Assembly: GCA_030447385.1 (NCBI GenBank)
Contig: JAUJOY010000003.1
Location: forward strand, 144,292 to 208,291
Length of the DNA: 64,000 bases
Direction of reading: 5' to 3'
From: Mycobacteriales bacterium
Lineage (GTDB): Bacteria > Actinomycetota > Actinomycetes > Mycobacteriales > SCTD01
Position 1 is the first letter of the stretch, and each line of letters opens with the position of its first letter. Under the pieces are notes generated by a model. The model did not search any database. It had not been told where the DNA came from and worked only from the letters and a program-made list of their open reading frames with translations. Position numbers and translations under genes: made by a program. Shown piece by piece: positions 16,869 through 25,728 of this stretch.

Positions 16869-18703
16869 GGGCGCTGCTCGCCTCCGGGCTGCTGGCCGAC
16901 TTCCACGACGCCGGGGTCCTGGCCGCGGCCGATGTCCACGTCGCCCGGCGGCTCGGGGCCCTGGCCCGCGAGGGCGCCGAGGAGGTGCTGCTCGCGGTCG
17001 CCCTGGCCGTGCGCGCCGTGCGCCTCGGGTCGACGTGCCTGGAGCTCGACCGGATGCGCCAGGTCGCGGTGGACGAGGAGCACGATGTCGACGTCTCGAC
17101 CCTGCCGTGGCCGGAGCCCGACGCCCTGCAGAGGGCGCTGCGCAGCAGCCCGCTGGTCACCGGCGCCGCAGGGGCGACCCTCCGGCCGCTGCGGCTCGCG
17201 GAGACTGACGGGGGCCCGCTGCTCTACCTCGACCGCTACTGGCGACAGGAGCAGTCCGTACGCCGGCAGCTCGACGACCGCGCGCTGACCCGGCCCCCGG
17301 CCGATCTCGAGGCGGTGCGGCGGCGGATCGCGGAGCTGTTCCCGGACCCGTCCGCGCCGGACCGTCAGCGCATCGCTGTGGCGCTCGCGGCGACGAGGTG
17401 GACCACGATCCTCGCGGGCGGGCCCGGCACGGGCAAGACGACCACGGTCGGGCGGGTGCTCGCCCTGCTCGACCGGCCGGGGCTGCGGGTGGCGCTGGCG
17501 GCTCCGACCGGCAAGGCCGCCGCTCGGCTGCAGGAGTCCGTGCGGGAGCAGGCACCCGGTCTGGGGCTGCCGGCGGAGCTCACCGCGACGACGCTGCACC
17601 GGCTCCTCGGCTGGCGGGCCGACAGCAGGACCCGGTTCCGCCACGACAGCGCCAACCGACTCCCGTACGACGTCGTCGTGGTCGACGAGACCTCGATGGT
17701 GTCGCTGACGATGATGGCCCGGCTGCTCGACGCCGTGCGGCCGGACACGCGGCTGATCCTCGTGGGCGACCCCGACCAGCTGACGTCGGTGGATGCCGGA
17801 GCCGTTCTCGCCGACCTGGTGGCGCGGCCGGTCCGGGCCGCCCCCGATGCGGCGCTCGCGCAGCTGGTGGGAGCGGATCTGGCCGGCGCGGACGACGCCG
17901 CCGAGACCGGCCTGGACCCGCAGGAGCGGTCGCGGCTGGCGAACGGCGTCGTACGGCTGACCCGTGGTCGCCGCTTCGGCGGGACGATCGCGCGGCTCGC
18001 CGTGGCGGTGCGCCTCGGCGACGCGGACCTCGCGCTGGAGCTGCTGCGGAGCGGGGCGTCGGACGTCTCCTTCGTCGAGCCGGGCGACGTCGAGGCGGTG
18101 CGTCAGGACGTCGTGTCCTGCGGGCAGGGGGTGACGGAGGCGGCGGCCGGCGGCCGGGTCGAGCTGGCGCTCGCGCGGCTGGAGGAGCACCGCCTGCTGT
18201 GCGCCCACCGGCGCGGCCCCTACGGCGTGACCGCATGGGACCGGCGGGCCGGGGAGTGGGTGGCCACCGCCCTCCGGCGGGCTCCGGAGCAGGCGCGCTG
18301 GTACGCCGGTCAGCCGCTGCTCGTGACGAAGAACGACCACGAGGCCCGGATCTACAACGGTGACACGGGAGTCGTCGTGGAGACCGGCGGGGGCGACCTG
18401 GTCGCGGCGTTCTCGCGGGGCGCCACACCCGTGCTCCTCCCGGTGGGGCGGCTCTCCGACGTCCAGACGGTCTACGCGATGACGATCCACCGGAGCCAGG
18501 GCAGTCAGTACGAGACGGTGTCGGTCGTGCTCCCGCCTCCGACGTCGTCACTGCTCACGCGGGAGCTGCTCTACACCGCGATCACCCGTGCCCGCAGGCA
18601 TGTTCGCGTGGTCGGCACCGCCGAGACCGTACGCGCCGCGATCGACCGGCAGGTGCTGCGGGCCAGCGGCTTGCGGCGGGTGGTGAGCGGAGCGGACGCC
18701 TGA
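16865..18703 (+). CDS. recD: Exodeoxyribonuclease V alpha subunit (RecD)
   Basis: MRALLASGLLADFHDAGVL..., GGPGTGKTTTV (Walker A), VVVDETSMV, YAMTIHRSQGSQY. The ATG overlaps the recB stop (ATGA). Confidence 0.9.
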   Translation: MRALLASGLLADFHDAGVLAAADVHVARRLGALAREGAEEVLLAVALAVRAVRLGSTCLELDRMRQVAVDEEHDVDVSTLPWPEPDALQRALRSSPLVTGAAGATLRPLRLAETDGGPLLYLDRYWRQEQSVRRQLDDRALTRPPADLEAVRRRIAELFPDPSAPDRQRIAVALAATRWTTILAGGPGTGKTTTVGRVLALLDRPGLRVALAAPTGKAAARLQESVREQAPGLGLPAELTATTLHRLLGWRADSRTRFRHDSANRLPYDVVVVDETSMVSLTMMARLLDAVRPDTRLILVGDPDQLTSVDAGAVLADLVARPVRAAPDAALAQLVGADLAGADDAAETGLDPQERSRLANGVVRLTRGRRFGGTIARLAVAVRLGDADLALELLRSGASDVSFVEPGDVEAVRQDVVSCGQGVTEAAAGGRVELALARLEEHRLLCAHRRGPYGVTAWDRRAGEWVATALRRAPEQARWYAGQPLLVTKNDHEARIYNGDTGVVVETGGGDLVAAFSRGATPVLLPVGRLSDVQTVYAMTIHRSQGSQYETVSVVLPPPTSSLLTRELLYTAITRARRHVRVVGTAETVRAAIDRQVLRASGLRRVVSGADA

Positions 18704-18719
18704 CGTCGCTCGGGCCGAA

Positions 18720-19217
18720 TCACTGCCGAAGGGCCGCCTCCCACAGCGCCGCCGTCTTCGGGAACAGCGCCACCAACAGCACCGTCTCGACGTCGGTCTG
18801 CGCGGCACGAAGGGCCGCGACGGAGATGCGGGCAGCGTCCTTAGGCGGGTAGCCGTACACGCCCGTCGAGATCGCGGGGAAGGCGATGCTGCGGGCGCCC
18901 ACCTCGTCGGCGCGGGCGAGCGCGGCGGTGTAGACGGCGGCCAGCGCGGGCTCGTCCTCTGGTCCTCGGTAGACCGGTCCGACAGCGTGGATGACCCACT
19001 TCGCGGTGGTCATGGAGTAGGCCGGCGTCACGACGGCCGAACCCGCCGGACACGGGGCGAGCTTGCGCGATGCCGCCACGAGCCGCGGGCCCGCCGCCGA
19101 GTGCACGGCGCCGTCGACGCCTCCACCGCCGACCAGCTCGGAGTTCGCCGCGGTCACGACGGCGTCCACCGGGATGGTGGTGATGTCGGCCCGGACCACC
19201 ACGATCTCCATGGTCAT
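18720..19217 (-). CDS. Macro-domain protein (O-acetyl-ADP-ribose deacetylase / ADP-ribose-binding, YmdB-like)
   Basis: GGAGG-type RBS before the ATG at 19217. MTMEIVVVRADITTIPVDAVVTAANSELVGGGGVDGAVH...IAFPAISTGVYGYP; 165 aa. Confidence 0.88.
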   Translation of the reverse strand: MTMEIVVVRADITTIPVDAVVTAANSELVGGGGVDGAVHSAAGPRLVAASRKLAPCPAGSAVVTPAYSMTTAKWVIHAVGPVYRGPEDEPALAAVYTAALARADEVGARSIAFPAISTGVYGYPPKDAARISVAALRAAQTDVETVLLVALFPKTAALWEAALRQ

Positions 19218-19413
19218 GCCCTCCGCCCCTCCTGGCTGGCGCGCGTCCTCCCGGCACCGCGCGGGTGCCGCGGGACTAGTCCGCCGGCCGGCGCCGGGTA
19301 GCTCCTTCTGATCGGTTTCACGTCGGGAAGTTACGGCAGGCGGCGCAACAGCCCAGCGGCAGGCATGGCGATGAGGTTCAGGACCACCCGACAGGCTGAG
19401 GAAAGCAGCGCCG

Positions 19414-20391
19414 ATGAACGAGGACGATCTGCAGCAGGCCGCGCGGGGTTCGGGCATGCGCCGCAACGTGCTGCCCTCGCTGGAGCAGGTCGAGAAGCGG
19501 CGCTTCGAGCTGTGGCTGCTGTCGACCATCCTCATGGTCGGGCTGACCCTCGGGACGGCGCTGCTGAGCATGTGGTCGCCCGCGGACCTGCACGGGCTGA
19601 TGTCCCAGCCCGTCGTGCGCTTCGGCGTCGTCGGCATGGCGCTGGTGCTCAGCGCCTACTCCATCGAGAAGGAGCGCAGCCTGCGGCGCGTCTCCCGCCT
19701 GCTGATGGACGAGCGACTGCTGACCACCGCGCTGGCGAACAGGCTGCACGAGATCACCACCCTGCTCGACGCCGGCAAGGCCGTCAACAGCACCCTCGAG
19801 CTCGACCTGGTCCTGTCCTCGATCCTCCTGGGCGCGACGGACCTCATGCCGGCCGGCGGCGGCTCGGTGATGCTGCTGGAGGGGGACGAGCTGGTCGTGG
19901 CGGCAGCAGCCGGCAACGAGGGCGCGCTCGGCCGGCGCGCGGCGGTCGGCGACGGCATCGCCGGTCACGTGGCCCGTACGAGGGAGCCGGTGCTGCTGCA
20001 CGGCCGGGCGGCGCCGTCGATGTTCCCCGGGTTGACCAAGCGGATGCAGGAGGTCGGCAGCTCCCTGTGCGTCCCCCTCATCGAACGCGGCGACCTGCTG
20101 GGGGTGCTGAACCTCCACGCCCAAGGCGCCGCGGAGTTCTCGGAGTTCGACCTGCGCGCCGTGCGCCTGTTCGCCGAGCATGCGGCCACCGCCATCAGCA
20201 AGGCCCGGCTGTACGCGCGCAGCCAGCAGCAGGCGCAGGAGCTCGAGCACGCCGCCACCCACGACGCCCTCACCGGGATCGCCAACCGCGCCCGCCATGG
20301 ACAGGGCGGAGGACGACCGCGCCGCCCTGCTGTTCCTGGACCTCGACGGGTTCAAGCAGGTCAACGACGAGCTCGGACACGCCGCGGGTGA
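19414..20391 (+). CDS. Membrane-anchored GAF-domain sensor ending in a truncated/frameshifted GGDEF domain
   Basis: Two hydrophobic helices (LWLLSTILMVGLTLGTALL, VVRFGVVGMALVLSAY), a GAF-like core (...GGGSVMLLEGDELVV...GIAGHVARTREPVLL...SSLCVPLIERGDLLGVLNLH), then the GGDEF start ATHDALTGIANRA followed by R/G/P-rich text. Confidence 0.7.
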   Translation: MNEDDLQQAARGSGMRRNVLPSLEQVEKRRFELWLLSTILMVGLTLGTALLSMWSPADLHGLMSQPVVRFGVVGMALVLSAYSIEKERSLRRVSRLLMDERLLTTALANRLHEITTLLDAGKAVNSTLELDLVLSSILLGATDLMPAGGGSVMLLEGDELVVAAAAGNEGALGRRAAVGDGIAGHVARTREPVLLHGRAAPSMFPGLTKRMQEVGSSLCVPLIERGDLLGVLNLHAQGAAEFSEFDLRAVRLFAEHAATAISKARLYARSQQQAQELEHAATHDALTGIANRARHGQGGGRPRRPAVPGPRRVQAGQRRARTRRG

Positions 20392-22267
20392 CCCCGCGAG
20401 CCCCTGCAGCCCTCGATCCGGCAGGCCTGAGATGGCCGGTGCGCGCGCGTCCGAGGACGCCGACGTTCTGCGGGCGGGAGTCGCCCGCCGCGGGGGCATC
20501 GACCGGTTCGTCGGCGGCCGGCCACCCAGAAGCGCGACGCTGCTGCTGCTGCTCCTGCTGGGCGCCGAGGCCGTGCTCGCCCAGGTGCCTGCGGCGGTGC
20601 CGGCCGCCGCCGCTCTCGGTGCTGCGCTGGCCGTCCTGGCGGCGTTGTGGACCCCGGGGCGTGCGGCGTACGGGTGGGTGGTCGCCGGCGGCCTGGTGCT
20701 GACGTCCTGGCCGGTGTCCGCATCCGGCGCTGGGGTGAGCGCGGCCGTGGCCGCAGTCCTCGTCGTGCTCGCGTGCCTGATCCGTACGCTGGTGGACCTG
20801 TTCTCGCAGGCGCAGAGCGCGGCGCTGCGGCACTACGGCGAGCGCGACGCGGTGGTACGCGAATCCCGCGCGCAGCGCAAGCAGCTGACCGTCGAGGTGC
20901 AGTACTGGGCCAGCCACGACCGGTTGTGCGAGGTCCTCAACCGCAGCGCCCTCGCGCAGCACCTCAAGGACATGGCCGCCGCCCGTACCCCCACGGGCGT
21001 GCTCGTCATCTCGGCTGCCGGCTTCGCGGTGGTCAACGACGAGCTGGGCACGGAGGTCGGCGACGAGCTGCTCACCGCGCTGGCTCAGCGCCTGCGCACC
21101 CGGGCGCGGGACAGCGACCTGATCGCCCGGCTAGGGGGCGACGAGTTCGCGGTCGTCCTGTCCGGTGTCACGGACGAGCACGCCGGTGCGGTGGCTGAGC
21201 GGCTGCTCCGCGTCCTCGCGGACCCGTTCGTGATCGGCCCGCATCTCGTCCCGCTGCGGGCCCGGTGCGGGCTGGCCGTGGACAACGGGAGCTTCGTCGG
21301 CGGCTCAGCCGAGCTGCTGCGTCAGGCGTCGTCGGCCGCCCGGTCGGCGAAGGTCGGTGGAAGCCTCGCGGTGTTCACGCCCGCTGCGGGCGCGGACTCC
21401 CACGACTCGCTGACCCTCGAGGCCGACCTGCACCGGGCGCTCGAGAACGACGAGCTGTTCCTGCTCTACCAGCCGCTGGTGTCCACGGCCACAGGCCGCA
21501 TCGAGTCGGTGGAGGCGCTGGTGCGCTGGCAGCACCCCGAGCGCGGGCTCGTTCCTCCGGACGCCTTCATCGCTGCCGCCGAGCGGAGCGGGCAGATCCT
21601 GGACATCGGGATGCGGGTGCTCGAGATGGCCGTCCGGCAGCTCCGCCTGTGGGCGGCGGCCGGGTCGGCGCTGTCCGTCGCCGTCAACGTGTCGGCCCGT
21701 CAGCTGCTCGAACCAGGGTTCGTGGACGCGGTCCGCACCGTCGTCTGGAGCTCGGGGATCAACCCCCAGCAGGTGATGCTGGAGCTGACGGAGAGCCTGC
21801 TCGTCGAGGACGGTGATGCCGCCATCGCGGCGCTCTGGCAGCTGCGGGGACTCGGGGTGCGCCTGGCCATCGACGACTTCGGCACCGGCTACTCCTCCCT
21901 GGCGCGCCTCGGCGAGCTCCCCATCGACGAGATGAAGATCGACAAGTCGTTCGTCGACCGGCTGGGGGCCCCGGCGAACGACAGCACGGCTCTGGTCACG
22001 GCCGCCGTCGCCATGGGGCACGGGCTCGGCCTGACCGTGGTGGCCGAGGGGGTCGAGACGCCCGCCCAGGCCGCCCAGCTCGGCGCGCTGAGCTGCGACC
22101 TCCTGCAGGGCTACCTGCTGGGCCGCCCGCAGGCGGCGGCCGACCTGGGGCCGCAGTTCGGGCGACGGCTGCTCGCCGACCCGACACTGATCCCGGCGCC
22201 CCGGCTCGAGAGCCCGGCCGCCGTCACACCCGTCGTGCTGCCCTCCGTTGCCCGGGCCCGCCGCTGA
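20297..22267 (+). CDS. Membrane GGDEF-EAL protein (cyclic-di-GMP turnover); the 5' end carries a relic of the preceding GGDEF domain
   Basis: The frame reads MDRAEDDRAALLFLDLDGFKQVNDELGHAAGD (middle of a GGDEF domain), then TM helices, then a complete GGDEF domain (ASHDRLCEVLNR...ARLGGDEFAVVL) and an EAL domain (VEALVRWQHP, ELTES, DDFGTGYSSL, KIDKSFV). The start is uncertain (20297 ATG, 20432 ATG or other). Confidence 0.75.
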   Translation: MDRAEDDRAALLFLDLDGFKQVNDELGHAAGDPASPCSPRSGRPEMAGARASEDADVLRAGVARRGGIDRFVGGRPPRSATLLLLLLLGAEAVLAQVPAAVPAAAALGAALAVLAALWTPGRAAYGWVVAGGLVLTSWPVSASGAGVSAAVAAVLVVLACLIRTLVDLFSQAQSAALRHYGERDAVVRESRAQRKQLTVEVQYWASHDRLCEVLNRSALAQHLKDMAAARTPTGVLVISAAGFAVVNDELGTEVGDELLTALAQRLRTRARDSDLIARLGGDEFAVVLSGVTDEHAGAVAERLLRVLADPFVIGPHLVPLRARCGLAVDNGSFVGGSAELLRQASSAARSAKVGGSLAVFTPAAGADSHDSLTLEADLHRALENDELFLLYQPLVSTATGRIESVEALVRWQHPERGLVPPDAFIAAAERSGQILDIGMRVLEMAVRQLRLWAAAGSALSVAVNVSARQLLEPGFVDAVRTVVWSSGINPQQVMLELTESLLVEDGDAAIAALWQLRGLGVRLAIDDFGTGYSSLARLGELPIDEMKIDKSFVDRLGAPANDSTALVTAAVAMGHGLGLTVVAEGVETPAQAAQLGALSCDLLQGYLLGRPQAAADLGPQFGRRLLADPTLIPAPRLESPAAVTPVVLPSVARARR

Positions 22268-22286
22268 GGTCCGGCTCTGCGCCGCT

Positions 22287-22310
22287 GCGCTGCGGGCGGA
22301 CACGCAGCGC
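22287..22310. terminator. Hairpin between the convergent GGDEF-EAL and GST-like genes (candidate terminator)
   Basis: GCGCTGCG-ggcggaca-CGCAGCGC, an 8-bp perfect stem, in the 57-nt gap between two stop codons. Confidence 0.35.
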
Positions 22311-22324
22311 CGTCCGTCCAGGGC

Positions 22325-23392
22325 TCAGCGGGACCCGCCTGCTCCGGCTCGCAGTGGCGTGTGCTCAGCCGGCACCGTCTCCTCCGGCCGGGGCGGTGGT
22401 GGTGCGGTGCCGTCGCCGAAGGGCCGGCCCCCGAGCGACTCCCGGTCGTGCGGCGTCACCCACCCCGACAGGTCCGGACCGGCGGGGACGATGCCGGTGG
22501 GGTTGATGTCGCGGTGCACCTCGTAGTAGTGCCGCTTGATGTGGTCGAAGTCGGTGGTGTCACCGAAGCCCGGGGTCTGGAACAGGTCACGGGCGTACGC
22601 CCACAGCACCGGCAGCTCGCTCAGCTTGCTCCGGTTGCACTTGAAGTGGCCGTGGTAGACGGCGTCGAACCGGGCGAGCGTGGTGAACAGCCGCACGTCG
22701 GCCTCGGTGATGGTGTCGCCCACCAGGTAGCGCTGCCCCGACAGCCGCTCGGTCAGCCAGTCCAGCCGGTCGAACAGCTGGGCGTGGGCCTTCTCGTACG
22801 CCCGCTGCGTGCCGGCGAACCCGCAGCGGTAGACGCCGTTGTTGACGTCGCGGAAGACCAGCTGGTTCACCTCGTCGATCTCCTCGCGAAGCTCCTCCGG
22901 GTAGAGCTTCGGTGCGCCGGGCCGGTGGTGCTCCACCCACTCGGTCGACAGGTCGAGGGTGATCTGCGGGTAGTTGTTGGTGACGACCTGGCCGCTCGGG
23001 ATGTCCACGATGGCGGGGACCGTGATGCCGCGGTCGTAGTCGGGGTAGCGCGCGAGGAACGCCTCCTGCAGCCGCTCGATGCCGAGCACCGGGTCGCGCC
23101 CGTCCGGATCCAGGTCGAAGGTCCAGCTGCGGGCGTCGTGCGTCGGGCCGGTGACGCCCATGGACAGCACGTCCTCGAGGCCCAGCAGCCGGCGCACGAT
23201 GATCGCCCGGTTGGCCCACGGGCACGCCCGGCTCGCCACGAGCCGGTAGCGCCCCGGTTCCACGGGATAGCCGTCGCGTCCGTCCGCGGTGATCCGGGTC
23301 GCGATGTAGCGCTGGTCCCGGCTGAACTCCCCGGAGGGGTCGACGTAGGTGCCGCCGCTGGGCGCCGCCGTCGCGGTTGCTGTGTCAGTCAT
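22325..23392 (-). CDS. yqjG: Glutathionyl-hydroquinone reductase (Xi-class GST, YqjG/ECM4 family)
   Basis: MTDTATATAAPSGGTYVDPSGEF...RYRLVASRACPWANRAIIVR (CPWA active site)...ITVPAIVD...; 355 aa. Confidence 0.88.
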   Translation of the reverse strand: MTDTATATAAPSGGTYVDPSGEFSRDQRYIATRITADGRDGYPVEPGRYRLVASRACPWANRAIIVRRLLGLEDVLSMGVTGPTHDARSWTFDLDPDGRDPVLGIERLQEAFLARYPDYDRGITVPAIVDIPSGQVVTNNYPQITLDLSTEWVEHHRPGAPKLYPEELREEIDEVNQLVFRDVNNGVYRCGFAGTQRAYEKAHAQLFDRLDWLTERLSGQRYLVGDTITEADVRLFTTLARFDAVYHGHFKCNRSKLSELPVLWAYARDLFQTPGFGDTTDFDHIKRHYYEVHRDINPTGIVPAGPDLSGWVTPHDRESLGGRPFGDGTAPPPPRPEETVPAEHTPLRAGAGGSR

Positions 23393-23467
23393 GAGGCGGT
23401 CGTTCCCCGGCGATCGACGGGTACGCAGCCCCCGCCCGATCCCGTTCGGCGCGTCGCCGTCCTCCAG

Positions 23468-24820
23468 GTGGCCGCTCATTACCCTGTCCGGGTGGCCGAC
23501 GACTTCGTCATCGCCCGCAACCCCGATCCCGGGTCGGCGTTGCCGTACCTGCTGCGCCTCCCCCTTCCTGGCCGGCCGGTCGTGCTGAAGGCCCGGGAGA
23601 CCTGGCCGCGCACCAGCAAGGTCTACTGCCACCGCGCGGAGTCCTGGCCGGACGAGCCCGACGTGGTCGAGCGCGTCCCGGTGCGGTCCTGCACGGCGCG
23701 CGGACCGGCCGTCGACCTCGTGCTCGACCGGGGCCGCGAGAACCGCAGCCAGCTGGTCTTCACCCGCCTCAAGGGCGGGCGGGAGGCGATCTTCTGGCAG
23801 AGCGCCAGGACGGCGAAGAAGGCCCGCCCAGGCGTCCGCATGCCGACTGCCCGCGCCAGCGGCGTCCAGGACCTGGAGATCGTGGTCGACAGCCGCGAGC
23901 GGTACGCCTACCGCTTCACCTCCCAGCGCGCCACCACGGTGAAGGGCTCCCTGTCCTGCGGCGACTACGGGCTGGTCCGCGAGGGCGCGGCGCTCGCGGT
24001 GGTGGAGCGCAAGTCGCTGGAGGACTTCGCGCGCAGCCTGGTGGACGGGCGACTGGGCGCCCAGCTGGGCGAGCTGGCGAGCCTCGCGTACAGCGCGGTC
24101 GTCGTGGAGGAGCGCTACTCCCGGCTGTTCACGCTGCCCTACGTCCAGCCGGGCTTCGTGGCGGACCTGCTCGTCCGGGTGCAGGTGCGCTGGCCGGGCG
24201 TGCCGGTGTTCTTCGCCGAGACGCGGCCGCTGGCGGAGGAGTGGACCTACCGCTTCCTCGCGGCGGCCGCGGCCGAGAGCACCAGCGCGCAGCGCACGCA
24301 CGTCCGCCTGGACGCTCTGGTCTCACCCGGTCCGCTGGCAGCGCCACGGCCCACGCCCGCCCAGGTGCGGGCGTGGGCGGTCGCGCAGGGGCTGCCGGTG
24401 TCGGACAGGGGACGGGTTCCCGCCGAGGTGAGCAGCGCCTACGCGCGCACTCCACCGGCCCCTGATCAGGTGCCGAGCTGCTCCGACGCCAGCCGGACGC
24501 CCTTCTCCCTGGCCGCGATCTTCTGGAACGCGATGTCGCGGGCGAAGTCGGGTGAGCCGTGCTTGGGCTTGACGTCGATGCTGAACGGGCTGAAGCCGCA
24601 GTCGTCGGTGGCTCCCAGCTGGTCCAGGGGGATGTGCTTCGCGGCGGTCACCAGATCGGCCGCGATCTGCTCGGGCGTCTCCACCTCCGGGTTGAGCGGG
24701 TCGACGACGCCGACGAAGGCCACCTGCTTCACGCCGTTCGCGTCGGCCCGGATGTTCTCGCCGATCAGCCGGTACACCCGCTCCTTGTCGTCCTCGCTGG
24801 CGAGCTGGATCAGGAAGTAG
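23468..24820 (+). CDS. ERCC4-type (XPF/Mus81-like) nuclease domain protein with an Lsr2-type C-terminal DNA-binding domain. The last ~120 codons run antisense into the next gene and are probably not genuine protein
   Basis: ERCC4 signature: VVDSRERY...CGDYGLVREGAALAVVERKSLEDFARSL (GDXnERKX3D). This is followed by RPTPAQVRAWAVAQGLPVSDRGRVPAEVSSAYA, which closely resembles the Lsr2 C-terminal domain (IREWA...G..VS.RGRIPA.V..AY). The first in-frame stop is TAG at 24818..24820. The start is a GTG at 23468 or 23492. Confidence 0.7.
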   Translation: MAAHYPVRVADDFVIARNPDPGSALPYLLRLPLPGRPVVLKARETWPRTSKVYCHRAESWPDEPDVVERVPVRSCTARGPAVDLVLDRGRENRSQLVFTRLKGGREAIFWQSARTAKKARPGVRMPTARASGVQDLEIVVDSRERYAYRFTSQRATTVKGSLSCGDYGLVREGAALAVVERKSLEDFARSLVDGRLGAQLGELASLAYSAVVVEERYSRLFTLPYVQPGFVADLLVRVQVRWPGVPVFFAETRPLAEEWTYRFLAAAAAESTSAQRTHVRLDALVSPGPLAAPRPTPAQVRAWAVAQGLPVSDRGRVPAEVSSAYARTPPAPDQVPSCSDASRTPFSLAAIFWNAMSRAKSGEPCLGLTSMLNGLKPQSSVAPSWSRGMCFAAVTRSAAICSGVSTSGLSGSTTPTKATCFTPFASARMFSPISRYTRSLSSSLASWIRK

Positions 24821-25608
24821 CCGGCGTTCATCTGGAACATCGACGGCAGCAGCTCGGCGTAGTCGACGTCCTTGCTGTGGACCGAGTCGCAGTCCCCACC
24901 CGGGCAGGTGTGGATGCCGATGTTGACCCGCTCCTCAGGGGTGAAGCGGTCGATCACGCGGTTGTTGAGGTCGATGAAGGTCTGCAGCAGGTTCTCGCCG
25001 GTCCACGGGTTGCGGGCGTCCCGCTTGTTGGCGAGGCGGCCCTCGGTGAAGTCGATGGACACGCGGGCCGCGCCCGCCGCGAAGGCCTTGCGGATGTCCT
25101 TCTCGGCCTCGTCGCACAGGTCGTCGAGGAACTGCTCGCGGCTGTAGCCCTCGAGCTCCTCCTTGAGCGGGTAGAGCAGGTAGAGCATCGACGGGGCGAT
25201 GACCGCCTGCTTCATCGGCTTCGTGGCATAGGGCAGCGACTGCTCGAGCAGGTCCGCCGCGTAGGTCTTGTAGCGGAACGGCCCACCTGTGAGGCGCGGC
25301 AGCTGCCGGTGGTGGCCGTCGTCGAAGATGGCGAAGTACTGGCCGTCGCCGGCCAGGTTCTCGGCCAGCCCGGTGCCGGCGAGGGTGTCGGTGATGGGGT
25401 ACGTCGCGAAGCTCGACGCGCGCTGCTCGCCGTCGGAGACGATCGGCGTCCCGGTGGCCTCCATCCGCTCGACGGAGTCCTTCGCGGCTGCGTCCTGCTC
25501 GGCCTTGAGCTGTTCCTGGGTGATCTCGCCCCTGTCATAGGCGGCGATGGCCTCCTGCAGCTTCATGGGCCGTGGTAGCGAGCCGACGTTCTCGGTGGGG
25601 ATGGGCAT
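24466..25608 (-). CDS. Cobalamin-independent methionine synthase family protein (MetE catalytic-domain-only type)
   Basis: MPIPTENVGSLPRP..., IGIHTCPGGDCDS and GATDDCGFSPF (Zn-ligand-type His/Cys motifs); 380 aa. Confidence 0.85.
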   Translation of the reverse strand: MPIPTENVGSLPRPMKLQEAIAAYDRGEITQEQLKAEQDAAAKDSVERMEATGTPIVSDGEQRASSFATYPITDTLAGTGLAENLAGDGQYFAIFDDGHHRQLPRLTGGPFRYKTYAADLLEQSLPYATKPMKQAVIAPSMLYLLYPLKEELEGYSREQFLDDLCDEAEKDIRKAFAAGAARVSIDFTEGRLANKRDARNPWTGENLLQTFIDLNNRVIDRFTPEERVNIGIHTCPGGDCDSVHSKDVDYAELLPSMFQMNAGYFLIQLASEDDKERVYRLIGENIRADANGVKQVAFVGVVDPLNPEVETPEQIAADLVTAAKHIPLDQLGATDDCGFSPFSIDVKPKHGSPDFARDIAFQKIAAREKGVRLASEQLGT

Positions 25609-25728
25609 GCCCTTGCGCTCCAGAGGTTGTGGCGTGCATCGGAGTGGACGCGTCGATCCGCACCCGACCACATCCCGGCCCGCGGTGGCAAGGCGGATGC
25701 GGGGCGGGAGGACGTAGCCGGCGGCCGG

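Noticed and set aside
12016-18490. Minus-strand ORFs 12016..13488, 14628..16145, 15976..17160 and 16718..18490 (390-590 aa each).
   Set aside because: All are antisense to recC/recB/recD. They have an R/P/G-rich composition, no recognisable motifs and no RBS context.
22361-23467. 369-codon N-terminal extension of the ERCC4-Lsr2 ORF.
   Set aside because: It is antisense to the YqjG-type GST gene and has shadow composition. Coding-like sequence starts around 23468.
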